Of a DNA stretch of 64,000 nt, positions 34,919 to 48,625 are shown piece by piece (the stretch's first letter is position 1; each line of letters begins with the position of its first letter). The DNA is taken from NCBI GenBank assembly GCA_030704615.1, contig CM060734.1, forward strand, positions 11,036,001 to 11,100,000, written 5' to 3'. The notes under the pieces were generated by a model, which was not told the origin of the DNA, did no database searches, and saw only the letters and a list, made by a program, of their open reading frames with translations. The DNA is from Takakia lepidozioides. Lineage: Eukaryota > Plantae > Bryophyta. The translations under genes were made by a program, and so were the position numbers.

Positions 34919-36316
34919 GGGTGCTTCTGGGACACATTGTGTGTAAGAGGGACTTCTTGTGGATCCCAGAAGACAGAGCCAATTACAGCCTCACCACCCC
35001 AGTAAATGTTAAGAGTCTAAGGAGATTTCCTTGGACAAACCATTTATTACAGAAGATTTGTCAAAAGGTATGCCACAGCATAGCAACACCATTGAGCAAG
35101 CTTCTGAAGAAAGATGCAGTGTTGCATGGACAGCTGAATGTCAACAGGCTTTTGAGGAACTTACATTGTCAGTAACAACAACACCTTTGCTGATTAACCC
35201 TCACTAACATGTAGTATTTCTGTTCACTGTGATGCCTCAGGAGAAGCGTGGGAGCGGTGTTAGCCCAAAATGTTACAGGAAATATAGATTCACCTGTGTA
35301 CTATGCTAGCAGATTGACGAACAGTGCTGAAAGGAACTATAGCACAACTGAAAGAGAAGCACTGGCAATGATTTTTATGCAGTCAGAAATTCAGGCATTA
35401 CCGATTGGGAAGAAAGTTTATGTTTTATGTGGATCATCAGGCTCTGATATATCTGGGAACAAACCTTGATAAGTGGAAGGATAGCGAGGTGGTTAATAAT
35501 CTTGCACGAGTTTGAGTTCGAAGTTGTTTCAAGCCTGGCCGTTTGCATCTGTTTGCAATATCACTTGTCACGACTAACAACAGGAAGCCGCCACAGGAGT
35601 AGACGATCAATACTGATGCGAGTTTTATTTGTAATGGAGGTGCAAGGAAGTGCAAATGAATGGTTAGATTGGCAGTGGGCCAATCAGATACTACCTTACT
35701 CGTGGTCAGTGCCCACCTAGTTTATGGTAAGGAGGCAGAGGAAGAGAATCGCTATCAGGCTTTACCTTATACTATGGTAGGAGGCAGAATGTATAAGCTG
35801 GACCTGATGGACTACTTAAACGATGCCGTGTACCACCATGAAGTAATAAAGTTTTGGAGGAAGTTCATAAAAGAGTGCTGGAGGACATTTTTGGAGAAGA
35901 GACTGCCAGTAGGAAGATACTACTTGCAGGTTACTGGTGGCCTACTTTGTTCAAGGATGTACACAAGTATTGTCACAGTTGTGATGAATGTCAAAGGCTA
36001 GGACCTTTGCAGAGATCTAGAAAAATGCTTTGCATCCGACGATGCCTACTGAACCCATTCAGAAATGGGGACTAGACTTTGTTGGACCAATTAACCCACC
36101 GGCCAAGAATACAAGAACAAGTACATAATTACACCCTATTAATACTACGAAGTGGGTGGAAGCTAAAGCTTTGAGGGACAACACATCCAAGTCCACAGCA
36201 AGGTTCCTGTATGAAGAACATCTTACCGATTTGGCTGTCCTTGGAATTTATCAGTGATCAGGGAAGTCACTTCATTAATGAGACCATTGATCTATTGACT
36301 AAAGAGTTCATGATTG
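34919..36316 (+). pseudogene. pol: Family B pol fragment (RT end, RNase H, integrase); target of a family B insertion on the left and MULE-1 on the right
   Basis: [43 protein letters not shown]. Confidence 0.88.
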
Positions 36317-37133
36317 GAGGTTTACTATTTCATGACCAGAAACCATGAGCCATGAGCCATGAGCCGCATGAGCGTTGAGCCGAAGTCTAAGACACGCGGA
36401 TTTCATGAGCGGACTCTTTCAAAGTTTGGAATGCGGCAGATTAAACAAGTATTAAAATAATAAGTTTTTTAATTTGACCTTGCCGTTTTTGAAGTTCCAG
36501 ATCTTGTAATGCGGCGAAGATATGTCGTCAGTACAACTCCGCTCATGTTTTTTAGATCCCTCATGGAATGAGTGACCGTGTAACGAGAAATCCAGTAAAA
36601 CCACGGCAAAGGACGTCGCATACTGGCCTGTATAGAGTATTCCGCGGTTTTACATGCCTTAACATTGGAATGAAGCTGACCCTTTTGCCGTGACTGAACC
36701 AATAGAGTCTGCACAATTCTGTCATCTTCCAGTATTCGGCGGGAAAGTTTTGCAAGTGAACTAGGAAATGCGGTGCCGCATTAGGGTTCGCACGTGCGAA
36801 ATTTCTGGGGTTTGGTATTGGTGAATGCCGCATCTACCAGTACCTACGACGTTACTTGGAAATGCGGTGCCGCATTTCCTTGTCGGGGGTCGAATGAGGA
36901 AAGCAAAGTTTGGGAGAGCAGAAAAACAGGAACCCTCCAACACACAAAAAATACATGCACGTGGAAACACGAGTGAATGACATAGTATTATCTTAGTTCG
37001 AGCAAAACAGGTTACTGGGAGGCAAGACATAAGTCGGACCTTTCTGTGGCCAGAGTCACAGCTACTTACAGCAGTACAGTTCTACTATCCGAAAAGGATG
37101 GGCGTACCATTGTGTTGGGACCGCAAGCCAAGG

Positions 37134-38870
37134 TCACTGGTCCCCTGGATCCATATTCAGAAGAGTGTGCACCTCTTGGGGGCTCAACCCTAGTGCATGT
37201 ATGAAGTGATGAGTTGTGGAATTACACCGGAGTCTCTTTAGGTACACGTAGTACAGATGCTTGCAAGGGCAGTATGATGCCCCCTTGTTCGCCATGATCT
37301 GAAAGTCAGTGCAATTGCAGGTGGGTAATTCTGAAATGGTGATGGTGTACACCTCATTGCGAACAGCTGAGCCTGCCGTGGCCATCTGATACACACGCCC
37401 GAAGCCTGGTGGGGGCACTTCTGTCGAGCTCTGGATTGTACAGTTCATCCGAAGTGCATTCCCCATCCTTGTCTCGTTCACTTTTGAGGGAGGTCGCCGC
37501 CTCTTTGGTTTCCCCCAACGGTGTGTAGGATGCTTAGAGCTGTCGGGTCCCATTGTTCTTGCTCTCACAGGGGTCGGTGGTGGAGGCTGTGGAAGCGGAA
37601 ATGGTTGTCTGGGGACGTCAGTGCGCTACACCATCCGAAATCCTGCGGCGGTAAGGGCGTCGGCCTCAACCTGACTCAGATCGCAGTCTGGTTCCACCGG
37701 CCACACCGGGGGAGCCTCTGGCATTGTTTGTATGCCGTACAATCTTCCTGTAAAAGTAGGAGCAGGGATAGCACCATCTGGATTCCTCCTTATCATCTCT
37801 AAACAACGTTGCCGTGTATCCACTCGAATTGCGGAACACCTGCCTCGAAACGACGGCTTTGTGCAAGCAATTCTCCACTGTGACGCAGACACAGTCGTCT
37901 CCACAATGGCTTGGCCATACTGCATAACAGGGGGCGGAATCTGGGGCAAGTGAGCAGTGGGAATTTCTCGCACGGAATCCCCGCTTGAAGGCGATGGCGA
38001 TCTGGAATTTCTTGGGCTTCCACTGTTGGAAGACACATTGTGCGGCAACATGACGGGCCCTCAAGGTGCTGTCCGAATGTTCCTGTCGGATCTCCAGGAA
38101 TCCTCTTCGCACCCGGGTTCCTCTTCAATCCTCCGCCTCACAGGGCAAGTACGGACGTCCCCCTCTAGGTGCTCACCTCTGCGGTGCAGAGGCGTCCCTT
38201 TGATCTTCTCTCGTAATGTTGTCGCCCATTTCAGTGGATTCTTTGACCTCGAAGCTGTTCGTACCAACAATTCCTCCTTGTCCGGCCCAAAGCCCCATTG
38301 TTTCCCGCTCAAGAACTTGTAGTACGTGGCTTGCTGCATGATTGCTCTGTCAATGTCCTCCGTTGTGGCCGTCACTACGTCCATCAGATGTGCGGCAGAA
38401 GACGCTCGCCAGGAGGAGTGCACTGATTCTGCCATATTCGTGTTCGGCATGTCCGTGTCGGAATCCAAGCACCGCTCCTACAAGGACACAGACAATGGTG
38501 AGGAACCAATGGAAAGGTCCGTAATAGAAAGACAATTGCACGAAAATGACAGCATCATACCTCCCGCATGTACTGTCCGAACTATCGATACCGGAAATGC
38601 CACCACCCCAACCAGCTGTGCAAGGCTCCCAGATTGGTTGTCTCCACTGCACCTGACGTGTTCCACCAAGCCTCGATGATAGCAAACTTAACCTCCGCAT
38701 CATCAAATGTGGGTGCATCCTTCCACGCCGTACAAAAGACACGGTGTTCAGCCTGGAATAAGCTAGCAACAAATTTGGTAGTGTAGCCCTCTTCTTTGTA
38801 GCTTTTACTTCTGGTTACAAAGGAACCATAGAAATAAACATGCCTACAGTCCAATCCGTCTCGTTTCTCC
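37134..38870 (-). pseudogene. Mutator-like DDE transposase C-terminal half with SWIM finger
   Basis: WLGWWHFRYRQ, then after a probable intron PNTNMAESVHSSW (MULE TNNxxES.H-type catalytic Glu motif), linker, and SWIM CNC...CKH. The two N-terminal Asp regions were not found. Confidence 0.7.
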
Positions 38871-39324
38871 GCCCTCCTTTGGAAAGAAAGCAAGATTTTG
38901 CTTGCCCTCCCGCCCCAAGTTGGGCGATCCAAACATGCGAAGCACGAGCTCTGACATCTGTTGCCCACGACTCTTCGACTGCGATTGATGAGTACCGGCT
39001 TTTGGAGTGACTGATTGAGCAGTTGGAGCTGTCGAACGTCTTCACTCTGTCATCCCCAACAATTGTGAGAACCACCATCGCAATGAAAACCACCATCCCA
39101 ACCAGCATCACAACCACCATCGCAACAATCATGGAACAACAATGAAAACAAACCCAACCAATGCCTAACAATCACATGCAGAAGCAGCCTTCTCCAAAGC
39201 TGCCGGCTTTGCACACGCATTGCAAACTATCAAAGGTTCACTCAACCAGCAACTTGCAGAAATCAACATGAAAATGTAAGGACGATTTTGATAAGAGGGA
39301 AAAACAGGGTGAAATGTTTTGCAG

Positions 39325-39492
39325 GCCCTTCATCTGCCCAGACAATCTTCTCAGCTCAACATGTATTTCCTCAATTTTGGGATGCAACCTGTCATCTACA
39401 GCGAAGGTGTGCACCCTGTTGCAAATCTCAATGCAGCAACGACCTGGCTCCTTTCTAACCCCTCTGACCTTCATCATTCTCCTCACCAACTC
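39325..39492 (-). pseudogene. Captured fragment of a PLS-class PPR gene (E/E+ region)
   Basis: VRRMMKVRGVRKEPGRCCIEICNRVHTFAVDDRLHPKIEEIHVELRRLSGQMK resembles the MKxRGVKKxPGxSWIE...HP...I...L..L..QMK consensus. Confidence 0.82.
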
Positions 39493-40025
39493 CTGATTTT
39501 GCGATGCAACCATGCACTTCCAGGGCTGCCAGGCTGAAGATGCAGAAACAAACAAAACAAAGCAAAGAAGACAGCACATGTTACACAAAGCAAAAGAGGA
39601 AGGGGCTTTCCTGAGAGTGCTCGGCTTCAGTTGGTGCAGGCTGTGAGCAAGACAAGGGGATCTCCTGCTGGAGCTTCAGTTTGGCCATGCGAGACGTTGG
39701 ACGCCGCCCGAAGTACAAAGCCTTCAGTTTGCGCCGTAGCTTGGATGTGGGGTTTCTCTCAGGAGAGCCACGCCCTTCTCCACGCGGCATAAGTCCCTGT
39801 AAGATAATAAATCACCCGCAGAATGCGTGCGTATAGGCCTCGAGTGGAACTTCATCCACCCGTCACATCAGGTGTCGAAGGCGTATCCGGGAAGCAAGCG
39901 CGGAATCATTGCGGAACAGCCGGTTCAAAACTGATGGCGGAGGACATTTAATGTGCAACTACGCCCTTAAATTTCATAGGCATGGAGGTCGGCCACGGGC
40001 GCCACCTGGCCCACCCTCCCCCCGA

Positions 40026-40570
40026 GAATTCATCATTCGCCCGCTGGATGGAAAAAATGGCGCTGAATTTCCATCCAGCGAATGAACTAGGACGCAACGT
40101 GGCCCTCTCGGGGGGAGAGGCCGACACCTGGCCGATAGAGATCAGCCTTCGGAAGGAAAAACGGCACCGAATTTCCATGCGGGGCCGTTCCGATGAGGTC
40201 GTCTCGGGGGGAAAGGCCGACACTTGGACGACAGAGAACATCCCCCGGATGGAAAAACGGCGCTGAATTTCCATCCGGGGCCTATCGGATGAGGTCGTCT
40301 CGGGGGGAGAGGCCGACACCTGGCCGACAGAGAACATCCCCCGGATGGAAAAACGGCGCCGAATTTCCATCCGGGGCCTGTCGGATGAGGTCGTCTCGGG
40401 GGGAGGCCAACACCTAGCCGACAGAGATGGAAAAACGGCGCCGAATTTCCATCCGGGGCCCGTCGGATGAAGTCGTCTCGGGGGGAGAGGCCGACACTTG
40501 GCCGACAGAGAACATGCCCCGGATGGAAAAACGGCGCCGAATTTCCATCCGAGGCCCGTCGGATGAAGTC
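40026..40570. repeat. ~95-bp tandem array carrying imperfect palindrome P2 (GGATGGAAAAACGGCGCCGAATTTCCATCC), 6 copies
   Basis: Copies near 40046, 40150, 40247, 40343, 40426 and 40520. Confidence 0.9.
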
Positions 40571-41291
40571 TGTCGAGCGGCTTTTACTCACCCATCCCTT
40601 CGCTATCCGAGGTGGAAATTCCAAGATAGAAGAGTTGGATATATCTCAGCATTCAGCCCGCTCAGAACAATCAGTCATGACCTACAACTAGTGAATCATG
40701 GTTGTGCTTCCTATTTGTATTTCTTCTTGCCTTCATGTTAGCAATTTACCTTACTGTGTATATTGAAGCATCAGTTTGCTTCAGTATCTACCAGGTTCCA
40801 TTCACTCATCCATTCATTCCACAACTTCACTCATGTCTCTCTACACAGTGTGATTGTATCGAATAAGTATCAGATTATGATTTATCGGGTATCAAGCCAA
40901 TGCCTTGGTGTCTCCAATCTGCCCTACAGTATCACTACAGCTTTGCATGTAACAAGCATCTACTGTTCATCTTTCCTCCTTCACCGTGCTCTCCATCCTT
41001 GCTCCCATTCTTCCTCTCCGCCTAATCTCCTCTCATGCATGTCCAAGAAGCGCTCCCCGTGAAGTGATCCCCTACCTGGTGCTGCTCTGCCTAATCTACC
41101 TGCAAGCTGTTCCAACCGCCTAACTAACTAACTGTCACCCTTGAAGTAACACGTTCCCTCTGCAGATGTTGTTCCCACACAGTAGTTCCCTGCTAATGAT
41201 AACCGTTCCCTCCGTGCGCTGTGACGGGCTGTGCCAAACTGTGTTAGGCTGTGACTGTGCCGAGCTGTGACTGGCTGTGTAAAGTTGTGTT
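40571..41291 (-). repeat. Partial family B-type LTR inserted into the P2 array, itself interrupted
   Basis: Starts TGTCGAGCGGCTTTTACTCACCC, as at 33885; no adjacent PBS. Confidence 0.8.
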
Positions 41292-42366
41292 TGTTAGAGG
41301 GCTGCTTAGGACTTAGACGCTTTTACGGGATTTGTGGGGTACCCTTAATTTTTACACGGACTGAGACCAACAGGAGCCTTAGGGGTGACAGCAACAGGCT
41401 TTAGGGGGGGAGATACACAGCCCAACACAGCCAGTCACAGCCAACACAGCCCGTCACAGCCCGTCACAGTCCAACACAGCCAGTCGCAGCCAACACAGCC
41501 CGTCACAGTCCAACACAGCCAGTCACAGCCAGTCACAGCCAACACAGCCTGTCACAGCTTCGCACAGCCAACACAACCCGACACAGCCGCCACAGCTTCG
41601 CATAGCCCTACACAGCCCGACACAGCCAATCACAGCCGCCACAGCCTGATACAGCCAGTCACAGCTCGGCACAGCAGGGGAACAGTTACCATTGGCAGGG
41701 AACGACTGTGGGGGAACGACATCTGAAAACTGAACGTGTACTACAGAGATAATGGTTAGTGAGGGAAACGGTTAGAACAACGGGTAGGAAGATAAAGCCA
41801 GGAGCGGGGACGGGAAAGGGGATCACTTCTGGGGAATCACTTCTTGGGGATCGCTTATTGGGGGGGGGGGGACTACTTCTTGGAGGATTTCTGGCATCAC
41901 AGCTGGGAAATGAAGCGGAGAGCGCATCTCTGAGTAGAAAGAGGGAGAGCACGGAGTAGGAGGAGAACGATCTGTTGATGCTTGATGAATGCAAGCAGTA
42001 GAGTTGTAATGTAGAGCAGATTAGAGACTCCATGGCTTCAGCCTGATACTTGATAGATATTAATCTGATACATACTTCATACTCACATTGTGTCCAGAGA
42101 TCTGAGTGAAGCTGTGGAATGAATGGATGAGTTGATCGAATCCGATAGAATGCTGAAGCAATCTGATACTTAAATACCAACAGTAAGGTAACTAGCTAAC
42201 ATGAATACGGGAAGGAATACAAATAGGAAACACCCCCATGATACACTAGCTGTAGGTCATGACTGATTGTTCTGAGCGGGCTGAGTGCTTAGAGATTTCC
42301 AACTCTTCTATCTTGGAGTTCCCACCTCGGATAGCGAAGGGATGGGTGAGTAAAAGCCGCTCGACA
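41292..42366 (+). repeat. 5' LTR of Gypsy family B with internal CACAGCC repeats
   Basis: TG...CA ends, followed by PBS-like TTTGGCAACCATACTGGGGA (resembles the Athila tRNA-Asp-type PBS). Confidence 0.9.
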
Positions 42367-42595
42367 TTTGGCAACCATACTGGGGAACTGGGTCATGAAC
42401 AACCAGATGTGACAGGCATCTGGTGGGATCATGGTGGTTGGAGAATTAAAGAATTTGATGTGAATCAAATTCCTTGTGAAACTGAGAAGGAAAGATTGTC
42501 CAAACGATTCTTTCAAAGGTTCTTGGAATTGCCAGACGGTTGTAAAGAAAACATTCTTAAGAGAGTGCATGATGCTGACCCTGAGTGGGGTCTGG

Positions 42596-44738
42596 TGTAG
42601 TGTGAATGCAGGGGAGTAACATTGAAATTTTTGTTGGGCATCAAATTACGGCATTGGTGAAAAAGGGAGTGCCTGGTACTAATGTCGGGAGGGAATTACC
42701 CAGTCCTACAGGTAATTCCATGGGAACACTATGCTCTTGCTCTGCCAGGACAAAATATGGCTAAGTCATAACATGCGCATTGGAATGAATGATTTTCGTC
42801 GCGTATGTTTAACCTAGAAACTCGAGCTGAGGAAAACGAGGAGGAAGACGACGGGCAACTCTTCACAGCTGCTGCCGTAGTGTTGTCAGGCAGGCTGGCT
42901 TGGGAACTTACACCTGCGCCATGTGAATCAGCTTGCCTTAAAGCGCGACGTTAAGGGATCTGCTTGGCATTTTGTGCAAGGAGAAGCGGTGCCTCTTTCT
43001 GCGTGGTAATAATCAATTTTGAAAGCTGAGCAGGTGCTAAGAGCGGTGCACTACCGCTGCCGCCATTGTCTTGAAGAGTACAGTTATGAGGAGATGGAGC
43101 GCAGCAACAGCTGTTGGGGAATGAGAAGTGCAGGCTGGTGTGGATGCGACTCAGGTTATCTGTAATTAAGACTTGTAGTTGCCTTCTGTCTTAGAGCTGT
43201 AGGAGCACATCAATCCTTAGGGCAGAAGTACACATGTAGAAGGATAGGGTAGAGGTTGGCAAGCACAAGGATGTTGCCAGTTGATGAAGCAAGCCGTCAT
43301 GACATGATGAGAACTGGAATCAAGATGAGGAGAAGCGTTGAATATGGCTGATGACAGCGATGGTGAGGTGCCAGCTTGGCAGGCAGAACCACCGCTTCAC
43401 ACGAGTATAAAACAGATAAGTTCTAAGAGTGTTGGCTTCTCTTTTGGGCACTTAGGAATGACTTTGTGAAGTTTTTGGAACTGTCTCTTGTATCTGCTGA
43501 AGGGGACAGAAATGTGAGGAGTAGAAAAGGCCTTTGAAAATGGAATGAAGACACTGGAATTCAAACCAGGATAGGGTGGAGATGGATGCACCTGTTGTTA
43601 CACTGTCATTAGGAAAATGAGAGGGGACAAGGATATCTCACCTCAGGGTCAGAATGGTTGCTGTTGTTGTGTTCCTTTTCTTTATTTTCAGTGTCTTCAG
43701 CCAACAAAACAAGGCAGCCCTGGATGTTAAAACAGTGGAGCCAGTGTAGAACTAGCTTGGTGGATAGAGGAAAACAGGGATGGTCAGTCAGAAACGGATT
43801 TGAAGAGCTGAGAAGGGATGACGTGGATGGGGAAGAAAAGTCAATACTGTTTTGGGGTTTGGATCTGATTTCTAGAAGTGTTCTCAACATGTGAATGACT
43901 GATGTTTGCAGTTGAGGAGAAAAAGAGAGCTGTCAGGGTGTGTGATTTGAGATCTGTAGAAGGGTTGTGAAGCACCTTGGCCAAATAGGATCCACTTGGG
44001 GAAAGATAGTGCAAGGACCAGTCACTGGAGAGAGAGAGAGAGAGAAAGACTGACAGAGGGGCAGATCATGTCTTGTGTGACCAAGGTTGACTTCAATGAT
44101 GGATGCACTGGTTGCCTGGCTGGATGTGCATTGCATTGCATCATAGCCATGCTGTTGTGGAAAAAGTGAGGAATCCACACACGAAAGAAAAAGAGTGTGA
44201 GAGAAAGAAAAAGTGAAAAGGGAGAAAGGGTTGATGAGGGATGGACAAATGGAGAGGCAAGGTCAAGAAGACATGAACCCTGAATGATCAAACTAGTGGG
44301 CCTGCAGTTCATGGCAGATCTGAGCTGCCCATCCACCTAGACCATGATCTCATTACAAAAAGGGGCTTCCGACGTGTTGCTGACCAAGGGAACTGCCCAC
44401 AAGGGCAGTGTTTCATCACTGACATAGGGCTGATTGCATCACTGAATACATCGTGGCAGCATAGTTGGTGCTGTACCTGCAGGTAGAGGATGTTGTGTAA
44501 AAGGTAGAACCAAGAGTGAACAACAATTTGACTCCCCATCCATGTCTTCTCTTCCGCTGCGGCGTGGATGAGGATTGTTTGAACTCTGATCACGAAGGAG
44601 CTGAGGGAAACCCACAGCCAAGTGACGACAGTTGGACAGATTAGAAGAACGTTCCTTTCTTTTGCTCCGCTCAGGATGGAGGGAAGCACAATTAGAATTA
44701 TACAGAAGGGGATTCACGCCCCTTCTTTTCACACTACA
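42596..44738 (+). repeat. Solo LTR of family C in the family B leader
   Basis: TGTAGTGTGAA...TTCACACTACA 11-bp inverted ends; flanks CTGG/ATGG are only a near-match; homologous to 9102-11349. Confidence 0.78.
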
Positions 44739-45121
44739 ATGGAGAAAGGAGTGATAAAGATTTATCAGGTGGCCTGTAGAGGAAGAGCACGTTGGTTACC
44801 AACACTGGTTTATGTGATAGCATTGCTATCCATTAAGCGAGTAGAGTTTGAAGGCTGGGAGGAAAGAAAGGTGAATGTTTATACTCATATGCATGAAGAG
44901 CTTGTACTGGTAAAGATTGGATTCCAAAGGATATTCTATGGATCAAACTCACACCAAGAACAGCTTTCCAGACTTGTTTGCCATATGGTTATATGGTAAC
45001 AGAGACTTCTAGTATAGCCAAGGGTGCATTGAAGCTCGAAAGAAACCCAGGCATATACGAGAGATATTCCAGAACAGAGTTTTGGTTATTGCCACATTAA
45101 AAGAAATGAAAGACATGGGAC

Positions 45122-47652
45122 ATGAGTGATGAAAGAGAAGCTAGACGCCAGAGATATTCAGCAAAAAGAGAAAGCTATCTGAAAGCTAATTATCCATATC
45201 TTTGGGAGAGAGGAATAGACATAGGGGAATCATCTGGACCTCTCACACCATTAAGATCAGAGAGTACATCACCCATACCGGAAGAACTAGAGTTGGATGC
45301 CACTCCTTCTTTTTCTTTGCAAGAAAGATTAAGGGAATTGGTACGGGAAGAAGATCAATCACGAGGTGAAAGATCTGAGGTACATCCCTAGATAAAAGAT
45401 TTGACAGAAATCTTTGATAAGAGTTGGCATGGAACACCAAAAGTAGGAACTCCAGTTTCTGAAGTGGAAGGTGAAGAAGGAGGAGAGGATGTGGCAGAGC
45501 CAACGGAGAGTTCAGACTCTCCAACACCATTACAGTTGAGTTACATGAGTGAAGAAGAAACCCAAGGGCAGAACTTGGAGGATGATAATAGAGAGAATAA
45601 ATTGGAAGAGGAAGAGTATGAAGAAGTAGACCCAATAGCTGAGGTTGAGACTACAACCAGGACATCCCAACCCGTTGGACCTGGATCAAGTGGAGCACTT
45701 GGATCACAGGCCAACGAAGGTGTCAGCTTAGGGGGATCAGGCGGGCTGCCTGGATCTGGCTCTGGGGGGACAGGGAGTGTGGGAAGTAATGCAACTGGAG
45801 CTGGGAATACTGTGAATATCGTGGGGCCAGTAGCAGGGAGTGCTCAGGGGCCACCACTTGGTGGAAGATCCACCACAACTACAACAAGTCCTGAAGGACC
45901 AGCACCAGCAAGGGTGCCAGCACCTGTCAGTGGGCAGAAGGTAGGGCCACAGATGGCGTTACAACCAACACGAGCAAAACCACCTTTTCCAATATATTCA
46001 AGAAAAGGGGATCCCGATGTACACATTAGCCAATTTGAGCACATGTGTATAGTGAACAATGAGAATGGCGATGATGCCAAGATGAGACTGTTTCCGTGTT
46101 CACTTATAAAGAAAGCAGTGAATGGTATGCAAGATTCCCTGATAATCATTTCCTAACCTGGAATGGCTGAGTACAGCATTCCGAAATAGGTTCAGGACAG
46201 TAAAACTGAGGATGAAGTGTATGGAAGTTTACAACAGTTAAAGCAAAAGAAGCATGAAACTGTTGAGGAGTATATGGAAAAGATGGAATTGATGATGAAA
46301 AAGCTGGCTGCTGTACCAGCACCAGGTTTACAGAAGACTTGGTTTGTGAGTGGACTAAGACCAGAGTTGCAGAAGAAAGTGGATATGTTACCCCATAATA
46401 CAGTGGAGGAGGCATTTGAAACAGCAAACAGAATTGAGCAATTGGGAATGCTCAGGAGAGAGAAAAGGGATGATGAGGACTCTGAGGATGAGTCAGATGA
46501 AGAAGAAGAGCAAGAACTGAAAAAGAAGAGTAAGAGAAAGGAGAAGTTGAAGAGGGATAACTATGAGAAAAGATTAGAAGAAATCTTGAAGAAGTATGCC
46601 ACAGAGGCTGCAACACATTGGAGGAAGGGTGTTTGGTGTGCAAAGTGCCAGAATGAAGGCCATACCACCACTGAATGCCACATGAAGGAGAAACACTGTA
46701 CTATCTGTAAGATGGATAACCATTCTACTGAGAATTGTTACTACAACAGAAGGACAGCTGCAAGAGAACCTAGGCAAGTAAGGGTGCATCAGGTGCAGCC
46801 CCAGCCAAGAAGAAACAATGATCAGGACCACTATGGTAGGCCTGGTGGTTATAACAATGGCATGGAAGGGAGAGGTAATTCAAGAGGGAATTACCAAGGA
46901 AATTCCAGAGGCAACTATCAGGGTAATCCAAGGGGGAATTACCAGCCAGGGAATCAGGGTTGCCAGACCAAAGCAGAGATTACCATTGGACAGCTATTGG
47001 CTGTGGCACCTTATTGTAGACACGGCTGTATCAAGCAATCAATCGAATTGCCCAGGAGACAGGAAACACAGACCTGAACAGCAAGGTGACCAGTTATAAT
47101 GTGAAGCCGGAAGGGCGAGAAACAGTCATGGACTTTGATGATTCTATGCCAGTAATCCAATTGAGAATTGGAAGCACAGAACTAACTGATGTACTGATAG
47201 ATGGAGGCTCTGGAGTAAATATCATGACAGACCAATTAAGGAAGAAGCTTGGTCTAAGTAACATGAAACCAGCCCCATTTACAGTAATAATGGCAGATCA
47301 AAGAAGTGTACAGCCATTGGGATTGATAAGAGGAGTTAAGATACAGATACAGAAGATGATCTTTATGATCACAGTAACTGTGTTGAAGATGGATGAAGTC
47401 ATGGAGGCTTACTCCTTATTATTGGGACGTCCTTGGCTGAAACAGGCCAGGGTATTCCATGACTGGAATTCTCAGTTACTAACCGTGCATAATGGGATGC
47501 ACGAGATACAAATTACCACAAAGAAATCTAGTAGATTACCTGCTACGAGAAGACCTCGAGGGGTCAGAGAGTATGACTGGAGAGGAGGACTGGATGAGGA
47601 GCAGGAAGCTACTCTGTTCGCTGCACACCCAGAGTGGGAGCAGGTTGCAGAG
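45122..47652 (+). pseudogene. gag: Family B gag and aspartic protease, truncated at 47652
   Basis: DPDVHISQF, WFVSGLRPEL, two CCHC knuckles, VLIDGGSGVNIM, LLLGRPWL. Confidence 0.9.
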
Positions 47653-48625
47653 TCGCTCTCGGACGCGGATTCTATTACGAACTTCCCTACTCTGCCTTTC
47701 ACAATTCTATGTTTGGCCTCACGCCTCATTATAATTCTCTGCTCATTCCCGTATGTCAATTGCTCTAACCGAGTAGGCCTATCCTCCCTGCTGATGGCTT
47801 CTCTGGCAGCCGTGTCTGCATAGGCTGGTAGAAAAAAAGGCTTCTGGTTTCTGGCAAAGAATGGCCGATGCGATTCTGTCTCTTCCTCTACAACAAGGTC
47901 CGATTCGGGCAAGTCTCCCAGCTTCTCCTCGTCGGACGACTCTGCAAGGCTGAGTGTACGCACAAACATAGAATGAAGTACATTAGAGAATTCAAACAGG
48001 GAATCATCGGCAGGTTGCATGGTCCCTACAACCGAAACCAATACACTTACTATGGTGCAACTCACTCGAAGACAGGCATTGGGGGAAGCGGCTTCAGGCG
48101 CCCCTGCATCGAACGAATTTCCTGGACTTCCTCCTCTTCATCTTCCTCCTCCCCTTCCACGTCATCTTCTGCGTTTTTGGGATCCTCAGTCGGAGGCAAA
48201 CGCTGAAGGCCCGCCAAATTGTAATCGTACAAGGCCGTATCCCCCTCAAATGAGAACACAAATCGGTTCGACATCCTTCCCGCCCACATACAGGCACCTG
48301 CAAATTCATACGACACAACCACAACCAAACTCAAGAATGAGTCGCTTCCTCGCACAAGCAAACATACACAAACGGAAATGGTGTCAATTTTGGTGCCGCA
48401 TTCAATTAACGTTCTCACCTGTATTTGCAGTGATGTCGAGGACCCTGCCTTCAACATCCATACATGTTTCCATGAGCGTCTGGGATGAATGCATGACTCC
48501 TGGTCCTGCCATATCTCCATGGCTTGCCCGACAAATCACAAAGAATGTCCTTCTCTCCCACATGGTTGAACAGGACGTTATACTCCAGTGGATCAACTAT
48601 GGAATCAACAAGTCTTCCTGTTTCA
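47653..48625 (-). pseudogene. MULE-2 N6A/N4C methyltransferase-like gene, 3' exons
   Basis: DPLEYNVLFNH...KPWRYGRTRSHAFIQTLMETCMDVEGRVLDITANT/G-ACMWAGRMSNRFVFSFEGD (intron 48298-48418); tail LPAYADTAAREAI...KFVIESASESD is homologous to the MULE-1 gene. Confidence 0.72.

Larger units (their letters stand above)
36317..40570 (-). mobile_element. MULE-1 copy, from right terminus to the P2 array
   Basis: Starts GAGGTTTACTATTTCATGA plus CATGAGC repeats inside a Gypsy integrase; matches 1257-2646. The P2 motif also occurs at 20647 in the expected orientation. Confidence 0.82.

Noticed and set aside
37134-38870. KDZ/Zisupton or Helitron/Replitron assignment
   Set aside because: No CxC-KDZ or HUH motifs seen; NTNMAESVH with a downstream SWIM fits Mutator-like better, though this is not proven.
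42259-42600. 113-aa ORF spanning the LTR and PBS (also 33672-33992)
   Set aside because: Crosses the LTR/PBS boundary; its recurrence is explained by repeat identity, and no domain was recognised.
44732-44745. CACTACAA as a CACTA terminus
   Set aside because: It is the inverted end of the family C LTR, matching TGTAGTGTGAA at 42596.
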